Below the pieces are notes generated by a model. The model worked only from the letters and a program-made list of their open reading frames with translations, made no database searches and was not told the DNA's origin. 30,359 bases of DNA from a virus (Duplodnaviria; Caudoviricetes): the IMG/VR virus record IMGVR_UViG_3300020043_003704, positions 1 to 30,359 of that record. One strand, 5' to 3'. A program made the position numbers and the translations under genes. Positions 15,708 through 23,611 of this stretch are shown here, one piece after another (position 1 is the first letter of the stretch; every line of letters starts with the position of its first letter).

Positions 15708-15901
15708 GAATTAAATTTGTTTGGCTGGGCGAGGTATAAACGAATCGCTCCCAAAGTAATAACTAAAATTTTAAGGATTGTTCCAAAATAATCGGGCAAT
15801 CCTAACTGACTAATTAAATCAACGAGCAAATGCGTTGTTTGGTCTAATATACCCAATACAATTAAAATAATCGGCAGGATGTGTTCCTTAATTTGTTTCA
15901 T
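15704..15901 (-). CDS. Putative holin (2 TM)
   Basis: 65 aa with two hydrophobic segments, upstream of the endolysin. Confidence 0.6.
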   Translation of the reverse strand: MKQIKEHILPIILIVLGILDQTTHLLVDLISQLGLPDYFGTILKILVITLGAIRLYLAQPNKFNS

Positions 15902-16025
15902 CTTCTTGCAATTTTGTCACTAATTTATCCAATATTTGGGACAAAGCAACCACATCAGCCATTTGATAAACTCCCGCTTTTACTGCAATTTCAATCGCTT
16001 GCTTAAGTACGTTTAATTCCTCCAT
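15888..16025 (-). CDS. Small hypothetical protein
   Basis: Start ATG 16025 (MEELNVLK). Confidence 0.6.
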   Translation of the reverse strand: MEELNVLKQAIEIAVKAGVYQMADVVALSQILDKLVTKLQEDETN

Positions 16026-16027
16026 TT

Positions 16028-16279
16028 TTAGTATGTTAAAATAGTAATGTTTTTGTCTTTTGCCACGCAAGTTTCAATCCAAGTGTTATCCTCGCCCCAC
16101 GCTGCAAACTCATCATCGGTTAGCGTGTAATTCCAATTTGCACACATTAACCCTTCTTCGGTTAAAAGTTCGTTGTAAGTCGTGCAAGTGTTCGCATCGG
16201 TTGGAAAGTTAAGAATTAAAACTTTTAGTTGTGTAGCTTCGCCTGTAAAGGGAAAATCAATCGGTTGAATTTGTGCCAT
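16028..16279 (-). CDS. Tail-fibre-associated small protein
   Basis: Immediately downstream of the tail fibre gene; function inferred from position. Confidence 0.6.
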   Translation of the reverse strand: MAQIQPIDFPFTGEATQLKVLILNFPTDANTCTTYNELLTEEGLMCANWNYTLTDDEFAAWGEDNTWIETCVAKDKNITILTY

Positions 16280-16285
16280 TTTTAT

Positions 16286-17698
16286 TTATATTGATGTTAT
16301 TGTTTCCCAACTTGAGGCCGTTCTTACGCATAATTTATTCAAAGTCGTATCGTAAACAACTAAGCCCGCAGCGGGTGTAGTAATTGCTAATTTTTGTGCA
16401 TTTGTCATTCTCGGTGGTAGGAATCCTAAAGTAGTTGATGTAATTTCCATTAATGCTGAAGCAGCAGATGGAGTTCCAACTGATAGTTTATTTGCAATTC
16501 TCGCCGTTCCGTTTACGTCTAATTTAAAACCTGCGTCGGTTGTGGTTCCAATTAGGACGTTGCCTGTTGAAGCTATTGTCATTCTTAAAGTTCCTGCTGA
16601 ACCAAAAGTTAATTGGTCTGTTTGATGCTTATAGCTTACATAACCTCTAAACGCTTCGTTACCTGTAACTCCATCGGCAAAAGCAAGGTAATTTGTTGAT
16701 GAAACTGTATTCGCTAAAATAGTAACACCATCCTCATCGGGACAGGCAACAACTAATTTTTTAGCATAGTATGCAGTTGGATTATTTGTTCCAATCCCTA
16801 AACGATTATTCGTGTCATCCCAAAATAGATTGCTATTGTCTTGCGCTATGGTCGTGCCATTTGAAAATAAAACGCTGCCGCTTGTTAGTGCGGGAAGTGT
16901 GAATTTGCCGTTCCAAGTTACTGCGCTTGCAATATAAGAATCTGCCAAGTCAGTAGTTAAATGCAACTCATCTAACTGCGTAACGCCACCTGTTACACTC
17001 ATTGCGTTACCGCTACCGCTTGTTTTGTTAATAGTCAACGCTTCGCCTGCTCCGCCCTTTGTAATTGAAGCCGCTACACCGTTGCCACTTGAATGGTTTA
17101 TAACTAAATCTTTTGCGCTTAAAGTATGTGTTCCTAAATCGACGTTAGACGTTGCACCTGTATATGGAACAAAGCCTGTTACTGGAGGTATATCGGCAGC
17201 AGTTATAAATGGATTTACACCATCGCTTCCGTCGTTTGTCAAATCACTCGTTGCAGTTGGGATTGTCGGCTTGTTTATTAAATCGTTATAACTGCCACTT
17301 GTTGCAACGGTTGCCAAAGTTGGCTTATTAAGTATTTGAGCAACGCCAGTGGTTGCGTCCCAATCCGAATTGACTTGAGCCGCAGGGATTGTAGGCTTGT
17401 TTAAAATCTCAGCCACGCCAGTAGTCGCATCCCAATCCGAATTGACTTGCGCAGCAGGAATGCTCGGCTTATTTTTAATATAGTCTGGAGCTTGGTTGTC
17501 CGTTTGTGTCCAATCCGACTGCACTTGCTCGCCAATAATTCGGTTGATATTTACAACGTAGTTATTTGGATTGGCTATAATTTGAACCTCATCGATATTT
17601 GTTTGTACGTTGATGTCGATTGTCTCAACTACAACCGCTGCATTTACGACGATCTCGTTGATCGTGTCTTGTACTATTATATTTACATTGTCAGCCAT
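16286..17698 (-). CDS. Tail fibre / receptor-binding protein
   Basis: QVNSDWDATTGVA.ILNKPT repeats, SGSYNDLINKP, RLGIGTNNP, GNVLIGTTTDAGFKLDVNG, GFLPPRMT; start ATG 17698. Confidence 0.85.
   Translation of the reverse strand: MADNVNIIVQDTINEIVVNAAVVVETIDINVQTNIDEVQIIANPNNYVVNINRIIGEQVQSDWTQTDNQAPDYIKNKPSIPAAQVNSDWDATTGVAEILNKPTIPAAQVNSDWDATTGVAQILNKPTLATVATSGSYNDLINKPTIPTATSDLTNDGSDGVNPFITAADIPPVTGFVPYTGATSNVDLGTHTLSAKDLVINHSSGNGVAASITKGGAGEALTINKTSGSGNAMSVTGGVTQLDELHLTTDLADSYIASAVTWNGKFTLPALTSGSVLFSNGTTIAQDNSNLFWDDTNNRLGIGTNNPTAYYAKKLVVACPDEDGVTILANTVSSTNYLAFADGVTGNEAFRGYVSYKHQTDQLTFGSAGTLRMTIASTGNVLIGTTTDAGFKLDVNGTARIANKLSVGTPSAASALMEITSTTLGFLPPRMTNAQKLAITTPAAGLVVYDTTLNKLCVRTASSWETITSI
17260..17527 (-). 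repeat. 72-bp (24-aa) coding tandem repeat in the tail fibre
   Basis: TCCCAATCCGAATTGACTTG at 17358-17377 and 17430-17449, with degenerate flanking copies. Confidence 0.85.
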
Positions 17699-17700
17699 GC

Positions 17701-18024
17701 TTATCGTGTAATGTCGTCGGTTACTGTAAATAATCCACTGATCCAAGTATCAACCTCGCCACTATCCTGAGTGATTTGAATGTCATATTTGTAGGTGCAA
17801 GCCTGTATGTCGATTATTTGCTCATCAATACAAAACTCGCCATTGGTAGCGTCAAAAATAGTAATTGGCACCTCAAGTGCAACCACTCCGCCTGCCTCTT
17901 TTCTGAGTTGCATTCTAACGTCTGCGCCTGTAAGGTTAAGAGCTTCGTCGTTAACGTTTATTTGGAAGTCCGTTTGTTTGAACGTGTCCCCTCTTTTGGT
18001 CGTAAAGTTTAGTGTCGATGCCAT
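17701..18024 (-). CDS. BppU N-terminal-like fibre attachment protein
   Basis: RGDTF...LNLTGADVRMQLR...NGEF...YKYDIQI...GLFTV..DIT pattern. Confidence 0.7.
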   Translation of the reverse strand: MASTLNFTTKRGDTFKQTDFQINVNDEALNLTGADVRMQLRKEAGGVVALEVPITIFDATNGEFCIDEQIIDIQACTYKYDIQITQDSGEVDTWISGLFTVTDDITR

Positions 18025-18085
18025 TTTTTAAAAATAGTTTTAATTTTTTGATGTTTTCCTCAGTTCGTTTGTCTACTTTTCTCAT
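17951..18085 (-). CDS. Small basic hypothetical protein (44 aa)
   Basis: Not in the ORF track: MRKVDKRTEENIKKLKLFLKNG...; starts 2 nt after the adaptor stop. Confidence 0.5.
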   Translation of the reverse strand: MRKVDKRTEENIKKLKLFLKNGIDTKLYDQKRGHVQTNGLPNKR

Positions 18086-18087
18086 AT

Positions 18088-18597
18088 TTAGTATGGTCGA
18101 TCAAGCCACCATTTGCCACAAATTAAACGCGAACGCAAAGGGTTGACGATGTTATTGGAATTACTTACATACTCAGGTAAGTGAAATTTATTAAGCCAGC
18201 GCAACATGCGGTCTTGATACATTTCGCTTTTTAATCGCATATTATTAACCAAATAATCAACTTCGGTTTTATCAATTGCCACCGAGTTGTCGGGTTGCGA
18301 CTTAAATATACCGTTATTGTTTACTTTATACGCCCCGATTAGGAGGTACTCAACCGCGCTTGCAGCGATTAAAAAAGGTTTGATGTAATCTTCGTACAAA
18401 ATTAAGTAATCGTCCACCAAATCGTCGTTATCGAAGTCGTCACAAATTTTATCGTATAATGTCTCGCCTAAAATCTCCTCCAATCGTGTGCGCTGCGCGT
18501 CTGCGATACAGGGTATATATAAATCGATGTCAATATTACCCCCAAGTAGGGTGTTTTTAGTAAGTTCGTTTTCTTTAAGTAGTATAATAGTTGCCAT
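18088..18597 (-). CDS. Putative head-tail adaptor
   Basis: Directly after the portal; helical protein with AQ...ILGETLY...YIKPFL pattern (DUF6712-like). Confidence 0.65.
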   Translation of the reverse strand: MATIILLKENELTKNTLLGGNIDIDLYIPCIADAQRTRLEEILGETLYDKICDDFDNDDLVDDYLILYEDYIKPFLIAASAVEYLLIGAYKVNNNGIFKSQPDNSVAIDKTEVDYLVNNMRLKSEMYQDRMLRWLNKFHLPEYVSNSNNIVNPLRSRLICGKWWLDRPY

Positions 18598-20508
18598 TTA
18601 TTGACGATAGTTTGGAGTTAATGACCAAAAATTGTTTGACTCTGACGCGGTTTGTGCAACCTCAGGCTCATTTTCTTGCCATCTCGCCATTGGTCGGTCG
18701 GCTGGATCGAGTTCTAAAATCATTTTTCGTGCCTCGTTTACGCTTATTTGTGTGTTATTTCGACGCAAATATATTTTTCTCATCCAAAAATGATTGCAAT
18801 TAACACCGCCTTTATAGAGCCAAATGCTATAATCGTCTGCACCTTGAGGCCCAAATCCTTTATTTACGCCTTTTGAGCCTGCAAGAGTGATGTCCTCTTT
18901 GCGATAAGTACGCCCTGCGCTTACCATTTTTTGACAAAAATCACGCTCGGCACCTAAACGGCCCTCGTATGAATAGCGGATTTTAAAAAGCATCGTGTCT
19001 TGTTCGCTAGTTACGTTTGGGAAACTTGCAAACGACTTAGCTAAGTTCAAAGTAATTTCATTAATCTCTAAATCGCCTCGCACTGGTATAGCGTCAACCT
19101 CAACCCATTCATTCTCGTCTACAATTTCGCCCATCTCGATAAGCGCGTCAGCAACTTCCGACAATCCGTTATCGTCTTTTGAGCAACAAACGTGTTGACT
19201 TAATTGCGTAACCGCTGCGGCTTGTTGCGAAAATAACGCTTGCGCTACTTGAGCTGGAATGTTTAAGAATTGAACAAGGAAAACAATCGCTTGCTCGGTT
19301 GTTAAAATACCCTCTTTTACTTTGGCGAATATGTCAATCGCTGACGCAATTTGCGCTCCGTTATAAGAAACCGCTGCGTCGTTTGTGCCTGTCATTACAT
19401 CAGCGGTTGTCGAGTCTGCGGTAACTAAATCCTCAGCTCTTAAACTTTCAAATTGTAAGTCCAAAGTAATTCCGTTCACGGCAAAAATCTCCATCAATCC
19501 GTCGAGTATAATCTCTTGCTTTGGTTTGATTACATTTATCATTAACTCCTCAAATCCAACTCGTATTTCGTCAGCCGTTGAGCTAAATCCTTTTGAGCTT
19601 GAAATCCCAACAAGCATTTGCGAAGTCAATTTGTGAGCCGTGCAAAGTTGTTGCCTTGCCTCTTCACTCAAATATGCATATTGTTGGTGCGCGTCGCTAA
19701 CTTCCAAAGCGGAGATTGTGATTTCGCTATCTTTATTGTCGTTCCAATTTAAAAAGAATGCGCCTGCATTTTGTGATCCTGTTAAGTGATTACGAATTTG
19801 GCGTGTATTCTCTTGGATTGTTTCAATTGACTCTTGCACTCCAGCGTTCATGTTAATAATATGGCCGAAGCTCAATCCTTTTTGAATGTGATTGATTGAA
19901 TAGTTGGAAATTTCCTCCTCCATTTTCGCCCAACTAATTCCCGACACATAACTCGGGTTAGAATAGTAAAATTGCCCAACTTGGTAATCGCGAATAATGT
20001 AAATTTCTGAGCGTTCGCCCATTCCTTCGCCATAACCAAACGCATCAATTCGCTCGGGTTTATATTTGTTTACGTTTGCAAAGTCGTAGCTATAATAATA
20101 TCCTGTAATATCCCCCTCCTCGTTTGCAACTTCGGGAGCGATGCGTTGTTTGGCTACATGAAAACAACGTTGGATTTTGCCATTTACATATTTGACCTCG
20201 ATTGAAGCCTCGCCAAACATCTCGAAATCCTTGCATATTTTACGCAAATCTTTTTTAGAAACGAGCGAAATGATTGCCGCCCATTCGCTTGGCTTGCGTG
20301 CTTTGTCTTTTGATGTCAATCCTTTACCATAAATGAACTGCGAATAGCTATCAATGATAGCCGAGTTTGTAGGCGATCCGTTATAGGCGTCAATAATGAC
20401 TTGATAAAACGAGTTTTTGTCTCCATTTAACACCCACTTTTTACCCGACACCTCTTTAATTTCGGGGCGAATGTAATTCGATAGGTTTATAATCTGTAAT
20501 TTTTCCAT
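18598..20508 (-). CDS. Portal protein with C-terminal extension
   Basis: SPTNSAII, FEMFGEA, YYSNPSY, LTGSQNAG, AHK..S..LVGI, VIKPKQ; followed by an extra domain of about 270 aa with RDFC and KGGVNCNHFW. Confidence 0.85.
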   Translation of the reverse strand: MEKLQIINLSNYIRPEIKEVSGKKWVLNGDKNSFYQVIIDAYNGSPTNSAIIDSYSQFIYGKGLTSKDKARKPSEWAAIISLVSKKDLRKICKDFEMFGEASIEVKYVNGKIQRCFHVAKQRIAPEVANEEGDITGYYYSYDFANVNKYKPERIDAFGYGEGMGERSEIYIIRDYQVGQFYYSNPSYVSGISWAKMEEEISNYSINHIQKGLSFGHIINMNAGVQESIETIQENTRQIRNHLTGSQNAGAFFLNWNDNKDSEITISALEVSDAHQQYAYLSEEARQQLCTAHKLTSQMLVGISSSKGFSSTADEIRVGFEELMINVIKPKQEIILDGLMEIFAVNGITLDLQFESLRAEDLVTADSTTADVMTGTNDAAVSYNGAQIASAIDIFAKVKEGILTTEQAIVFLVQFLNIPAQVAQALFSQQAAAVTQLSQHVCCSKDDNGLSEVADALIEMGEIVDENEWVEVDAIPVRGDLEINEITLNLAKSFASFPNVTSEQDTMLFKIRYSYEGRLGAERDFCQKMVSAGRTYRKEDITLAGSKGVNKGFGPQGADDYSIWLYKGGVNCNHFWMRKIYLRRNNTQISVNEARKMILELDPADRPMARWQENEPEVAQTASESNNFWSLTPNYRQ

Positions 20509-20512
20509 AAAA

Positions 20513-20821
20513 TTATACTTTTAAAACTCCTTTATTGAGTTCAAAATTTTCTAAGTCAGTCTGAGCCGTTGCGTAAGCCTTGCCTCTATAAATTAAATTG
20601 TCATCCTCGTTGATTGTAACCTCAAACGATTGGCCCTCCTTCATGATCGGCTCATCAAATACCAATACTAAAACATTGTTTTGGTAATATACGCCAGTTA
20701 CATCAATTTCGTGAGTGATGTCTCGCGTTTCATCACGCAATAAAAACGTGATTTCGCCACTATTGTAGCCTCTTGGAATGCATCTGAATTGATAAGGCGC
20801 AGTTAAATTGAATATCCACAT
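20513..20821 (-). CDS. Putative virion structural protein (head closure-like)
   Basis: Beta-rich, 102 aa; start reassigned to ATG 20821 using the late-promoter spacing. Confidence 0.6.
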   Translation of the reverse strand: MWIFNLTAPYQFRCIPRGYNSGEITFLLRDETRDITHEIDVTGVYYQNNVLVLVFDEPIMKEGQSFEVTINEDDNLIYRGKAYATAQTDLENFELNKGVLKV

Positions 20822-20850
20822 ACTATAATAACTGAAATTTGTTGTTTTGT
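20822..20850 (-). promoter_or_regulatory. Putative late promoter 2
   Basis: acaaaacaacaaatttcagttattatagtATG. Confidence 0.7.
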
Positions 20851-20852
20851 AA

Positions 20853-20879
20853 CAAAAAACGCCCCAATAAGGAGCGTTT
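20853..20879 (-). terminator. Intrinsic terminator after the tail tube gene
   Basis: AAACGCUCC-UUAUU-GGGGCGUUU followed by a U tract. Confidence 0.75.
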
Positions 20880-20901
20880 AATGACAAAACTATGAAAAGA
20901 A

Positions 20902-21426
20902 TTAAGAAACAACGTCTTCAGAAACTAACGCATAAAGCGCAGTTATCATCGCTGAATTTAAGAATGGAGATAAGTTAGACTCCTCAGCAGCGATGGTTAA
21001 AGTGTAACCGCTTAAATCGGCTCCTGCTCCTCCGCTTACTTTTGTGCAGTTTGACATAGTACCATTAGTAGCACCAATCAACATTATATTTCCGTTGTAG
21101 TCTTCAACGAAAACTTGAGGGCGTCCAGCGCAAATTAATTGGATTTGAGCTTGCAAGTCAGCACCTAATTTCGGAAGTGTAACGGCCAAAGATTGGGCGT
21201 TTAAAAATGTTCCGTTATCCTCTGAACTTGTACCAGTTTCGGTCAAGGCGTTTGTTGTAGCCTTTACCTCGTATTTGAAAACCTCAGCAAGGTCTCCAAG
21301 ATCGGTCAATACTTGAGCTGCAATCGTGTAACCATAATCAGCGTAATTTGCAAAATACAAATTTTTAATTCCGCCTCGTTGGTCTTTGCAACCTAATAAT
21401 TTACCCTTTGTTATTAAACACGACAT
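20902..21426 (-). CDS. Putative major tail (tube) protein
   Basis: MSC.ITKG...CKD..GGIK, SEDNGT, VEDYNG, DLSGYTLT; follows the capsid gene. Confidence 0.7.
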   Translation of the reverse strand: MSCLITKGKLLGCKDQRGGIKNLYFANYADYGYTIAAQVLTDLGDLAEVFKYEVKATTNALTETGTSSEDNGTFLNAQSLAVTLPKLGADLQAQIQLICAGRPQVFVEDYNGNIMLIGATNGTMSNCTKVSGGAGADLSGYTLTIAAEESNLSPFLNSAMITALYALVSEDVVS

Positions 21427-21441
21427 CCCGTTTTAGGTATT

Positions 21442-21467
21442 AAAACCGCCCGAGTTAACGAGCGGTA
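21442..21467 (-). terminator. Hairpin / partial terminator after the capsid gene
   Basis: ACCGCUCG-UUAACU-CGGGCGGU-UUUA. Confidence 0.6.
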
Positions 21468-21477
21468 TTGTTAGTAA

Positions 21478-22377
21478 TTAGTCTAAAGTCAAGTAAACAA
21501 TCTCCTCAGCGTTGTAATATCCAACACCAACGTTGTAAACTACTTTTCCGCGAACTTTACCAGTCAATAGACCGATTTCGTCTTCGTCAACTAAAGCAAC
21601 TTGGTTGTGGTCAGCAGTCAAACCAGTAGCGAAAACTAAGTTTTTACGCTCGTAGATTACTACGGTGTTTGCAGGCAATCCGTTTAATACAGTCATTGTG
21701 TGACGTCCGAAAGTTAAAGCGAAGTCGTTGTTACCATTTCCGTAAACAATACCTTGAGTTGACAAGTAAAAAGCGTAGTATTGAGCAACGTCAGGAGAAA
21801 CTGCGAAAATTAATTCTTTGTTTCTCAAAGCGATTGGCACAGCAGCCAAAGCTGGTTTCAAATACTTAGCCAAAACGTTTGCCTCAGTTACGGCAGCGTC
21901 AGCAGTTGGTTTGTTTACGTCAGCATCGTCAGCAAACAAAGTTAAGAAACCGTCAAAGTTTGTTGATGACTGCCAAATGTCAGTCTCCAATTTTTCTCCG
22001 ATAGCACCCAAAACCTCAGCTTGGATTGCATCCATAATGTCAGAAGGAGCAGTACCATTTGCAGCACCTGCGCCCATGATTCCATCAGACCAAGTAGCAC
22101 GGAAATCCTCTTTACAAACGTCAAAATCATTTTTGAATTTGAAAGGCTCGATTAAGTTTTCGTTTAATACAATTGTCCCAGCAGGAGCAAATCCGCAAGT
22201 GTATGCAGTTGTTCCGTCAGTGTAAGCGATTTTACGCAAAGACAATTTGTAGTTTACATTTTCAGCGATAGTTACCGCATTTTTTTCGATAGTGTCAATC
22301 GTTTTGAACGCTTGACCGATAATCATACCGGCATCTCTACCAGCATAATTTGAACTTACATTTGTAGTTGTAGCCAT
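21478..22377 (-). CDS. Major capsid protein
   Basis: 299 aa after the protease-scaffold; highly biased codons; CKEDF..TW, E.DIWQ....FDGF, NLVFATGL. Confidence 0.82.
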   Translation of the reverse strand: MATTTNVSSNYAGRDAGMIIGQAFKTIDTIEKNAVTIAENVNYKLSLRKIAYTDGTTAYTCGFAPAGTIVLNENLIEPFKFKNDFDVCKEDFRATWSDGIMGAGAANGTAPSDIMDAIQAEVLGAIGEKLETDIWQSSTNFDGFLTLFADDADVNKPTADAAVTEANVLAKYLKPALAAVPIALRNKELIFAVSPDVAQYYAFYLSTQGIVYGNGNNDFALTFGRHTMTVLNGLPANTVVIYERKNLVFATGLTADHNQVALVDEDEIGLLTGKVRGKVVYNVGVGYYNAEEIVYLTLD

Positions 22378-22380
22378 TTT

Positions 22381-23478
22381 TTAATTTAAGTTTTTAAGAT
22401 TATTTTGAATTTTTTGTGATCTTGTTAATTTCACGTTTGAGTTTGAAACCTCTTTAACTTCGGGTTTCGCTTTTGTTGAAGCCTTAACCTCAACTTGAGA
22501 AGTTTTTACCTCAGCGATTTGTGAGCTTAACTCAGTTCTTACCGCTTCGATTTGTTTAGCAACTTCAACGCTCATTGATGTAACGATTGATTTTACTAAC
22601 TCAGCGAATTGATTTTCGCTTGTCATTTCGATAGGAGCCTCTTCAACTTCTACCTCTTCAACTTCCATTTCTTTAATTTCGGCAATCATACCTTCCTCGG
22701 TAATTACCAAAACTCGTCCGTCTTCAAGTTCGTGTTCTCCAATTGGAGCTGGAACTTTGTCTCCGTTTTCAGCCACAATAAACACAGGCACGCCAGCGTC
22801 GAAAGATTCAGCTTCCAAAACGGTAACACCATCTTTGAGCATCATGGTAGCCATTGCAACTTCCACTTGCTCAGTCTCGCTTGATAACTTTACCGAAGCG
22901 AAACCGTCTTTTATCGCGTTAACGATTTCATTTAAATTCATACTATATTCACTTTTTAAATTTACTTTTTCCATATCAAAAACCCCATCAATTGAGAAGC
23001 CTTTGACTTTACCTGTCTTGACATAATTTGTCCAAATTTCATCGTTGTTTACTTTCATTGCAGCAAACCACGTCCCGATTGGCTCATTAAATCCGTAGTG
23101 TACCGACTTATCGTGTACCTCGTCTTCTTTTATCCACGTCTCAACAAATGTTACATCCTCGATTTGTGTACCAGAATGCTCAATCGTTGAATTGTTCTGA
23201 TATCCTTGACGGCTGAAATTTTGTTGTACTTGTTTTATCGTTTCGGCTGGGAATACGATGTTAAACTCGTGGCCGTCTTGGTTGCGATAAATAGGTTGGT
23301 TTGGTATCAATACCGCGCCCAATAAAATGCGCTGCTCTTCGTTTATAGTTGCGAGTTGTATCTCTTTTTGTTGTGACAAAGTGATAAACTGCACCCCAAT
23401 TGCTGGATCGGATACGAGTGAAACGGCATAAACGCCGTCGTTCTCCTCCTCATTAAACATTACTTTGTAAGTGTCCAT
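22381..23478 (-). CDS. Prohead serine protease (XkdF-like) fused to acidic scaffold
   Basis: AVSLVSDPAI, STIEH, VETWI, GTWF, VKGFSIDG; C-terminal APIGEHELEDG and Glu-rich coil. Confidence 0.85.
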   Translation of the reverse strand: MDTYKVMFNEEENDGVYAVSLVSDPAIGVQFITLSQQKEIQLATINEEQRILLGAVLIPNQPIYRNQDGHEFNIVFPAETIKQVQQNFSRQGYQNNSTIEHSGTQIEDVTFVETWIKEDEVHDKSVHYGFNEPIGTWFAAMKVNNDEIWTNYVKTGKVKGFSIDGVFDMEKVNLKSEYSMNLNEIVNAIKDGFASVKLSSETEQVEVAMATMMLKDGVTVLEAESFDAGVPVFIVAENGDKVPAPIGEHELEDGRVLVITEEGMIAEIKEMEVEEVEVEEAPIEMTSENQFAELVKSIVTSMSVEVAKQIEAVRTELSSQIAEVKTSQVEVKASTKAKPEVKEVSNSNVKLTRSQKIQNNLKNLN

Positions 23479-23508
23479 ACCCTAATAACTGATTTTTAAT
23501 TGTTTGTT
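23479..23508 (-). promoter_or_regulatory. Putative late promoter 3
   Basis: aacaaacaattaaaaatcagttattagggtATG. Confidence 0.68.
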
Positions 23509-23525
23509 ATAAACTTTTTTTCGTT

Positions 23526-23610
23526 TTCAATTTTTAAATTGAATATTTAACTCTTTTTTAAACCTATAACCTTAAAATTTTATAGTTTTTTAAGGTTATA
23601 ACCCTAAAAT
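23526..23610. repeat. AT-rich palindromes between the tape measure and protease genes
   Basis: TATAACCTTAAAA (23565-23577) inverted at 23588-23600; TTCAATTT/AAATTGAA at 23526-23543. Confidence 0.7.
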
Positions 23611-23611
23611 A

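Noticed and set aside
16286-17698. Diversity-generating retroelement target
   Set aside because: No reverse transcriptase gene and no adenine-variant template repeat were seen.
21942-22130. Alternate-frame ORF in the capsid gene (likewise 9520..9705 and 28752..29051)
   Set aside because: Short shadow frames with no coupling or slippery-site support.
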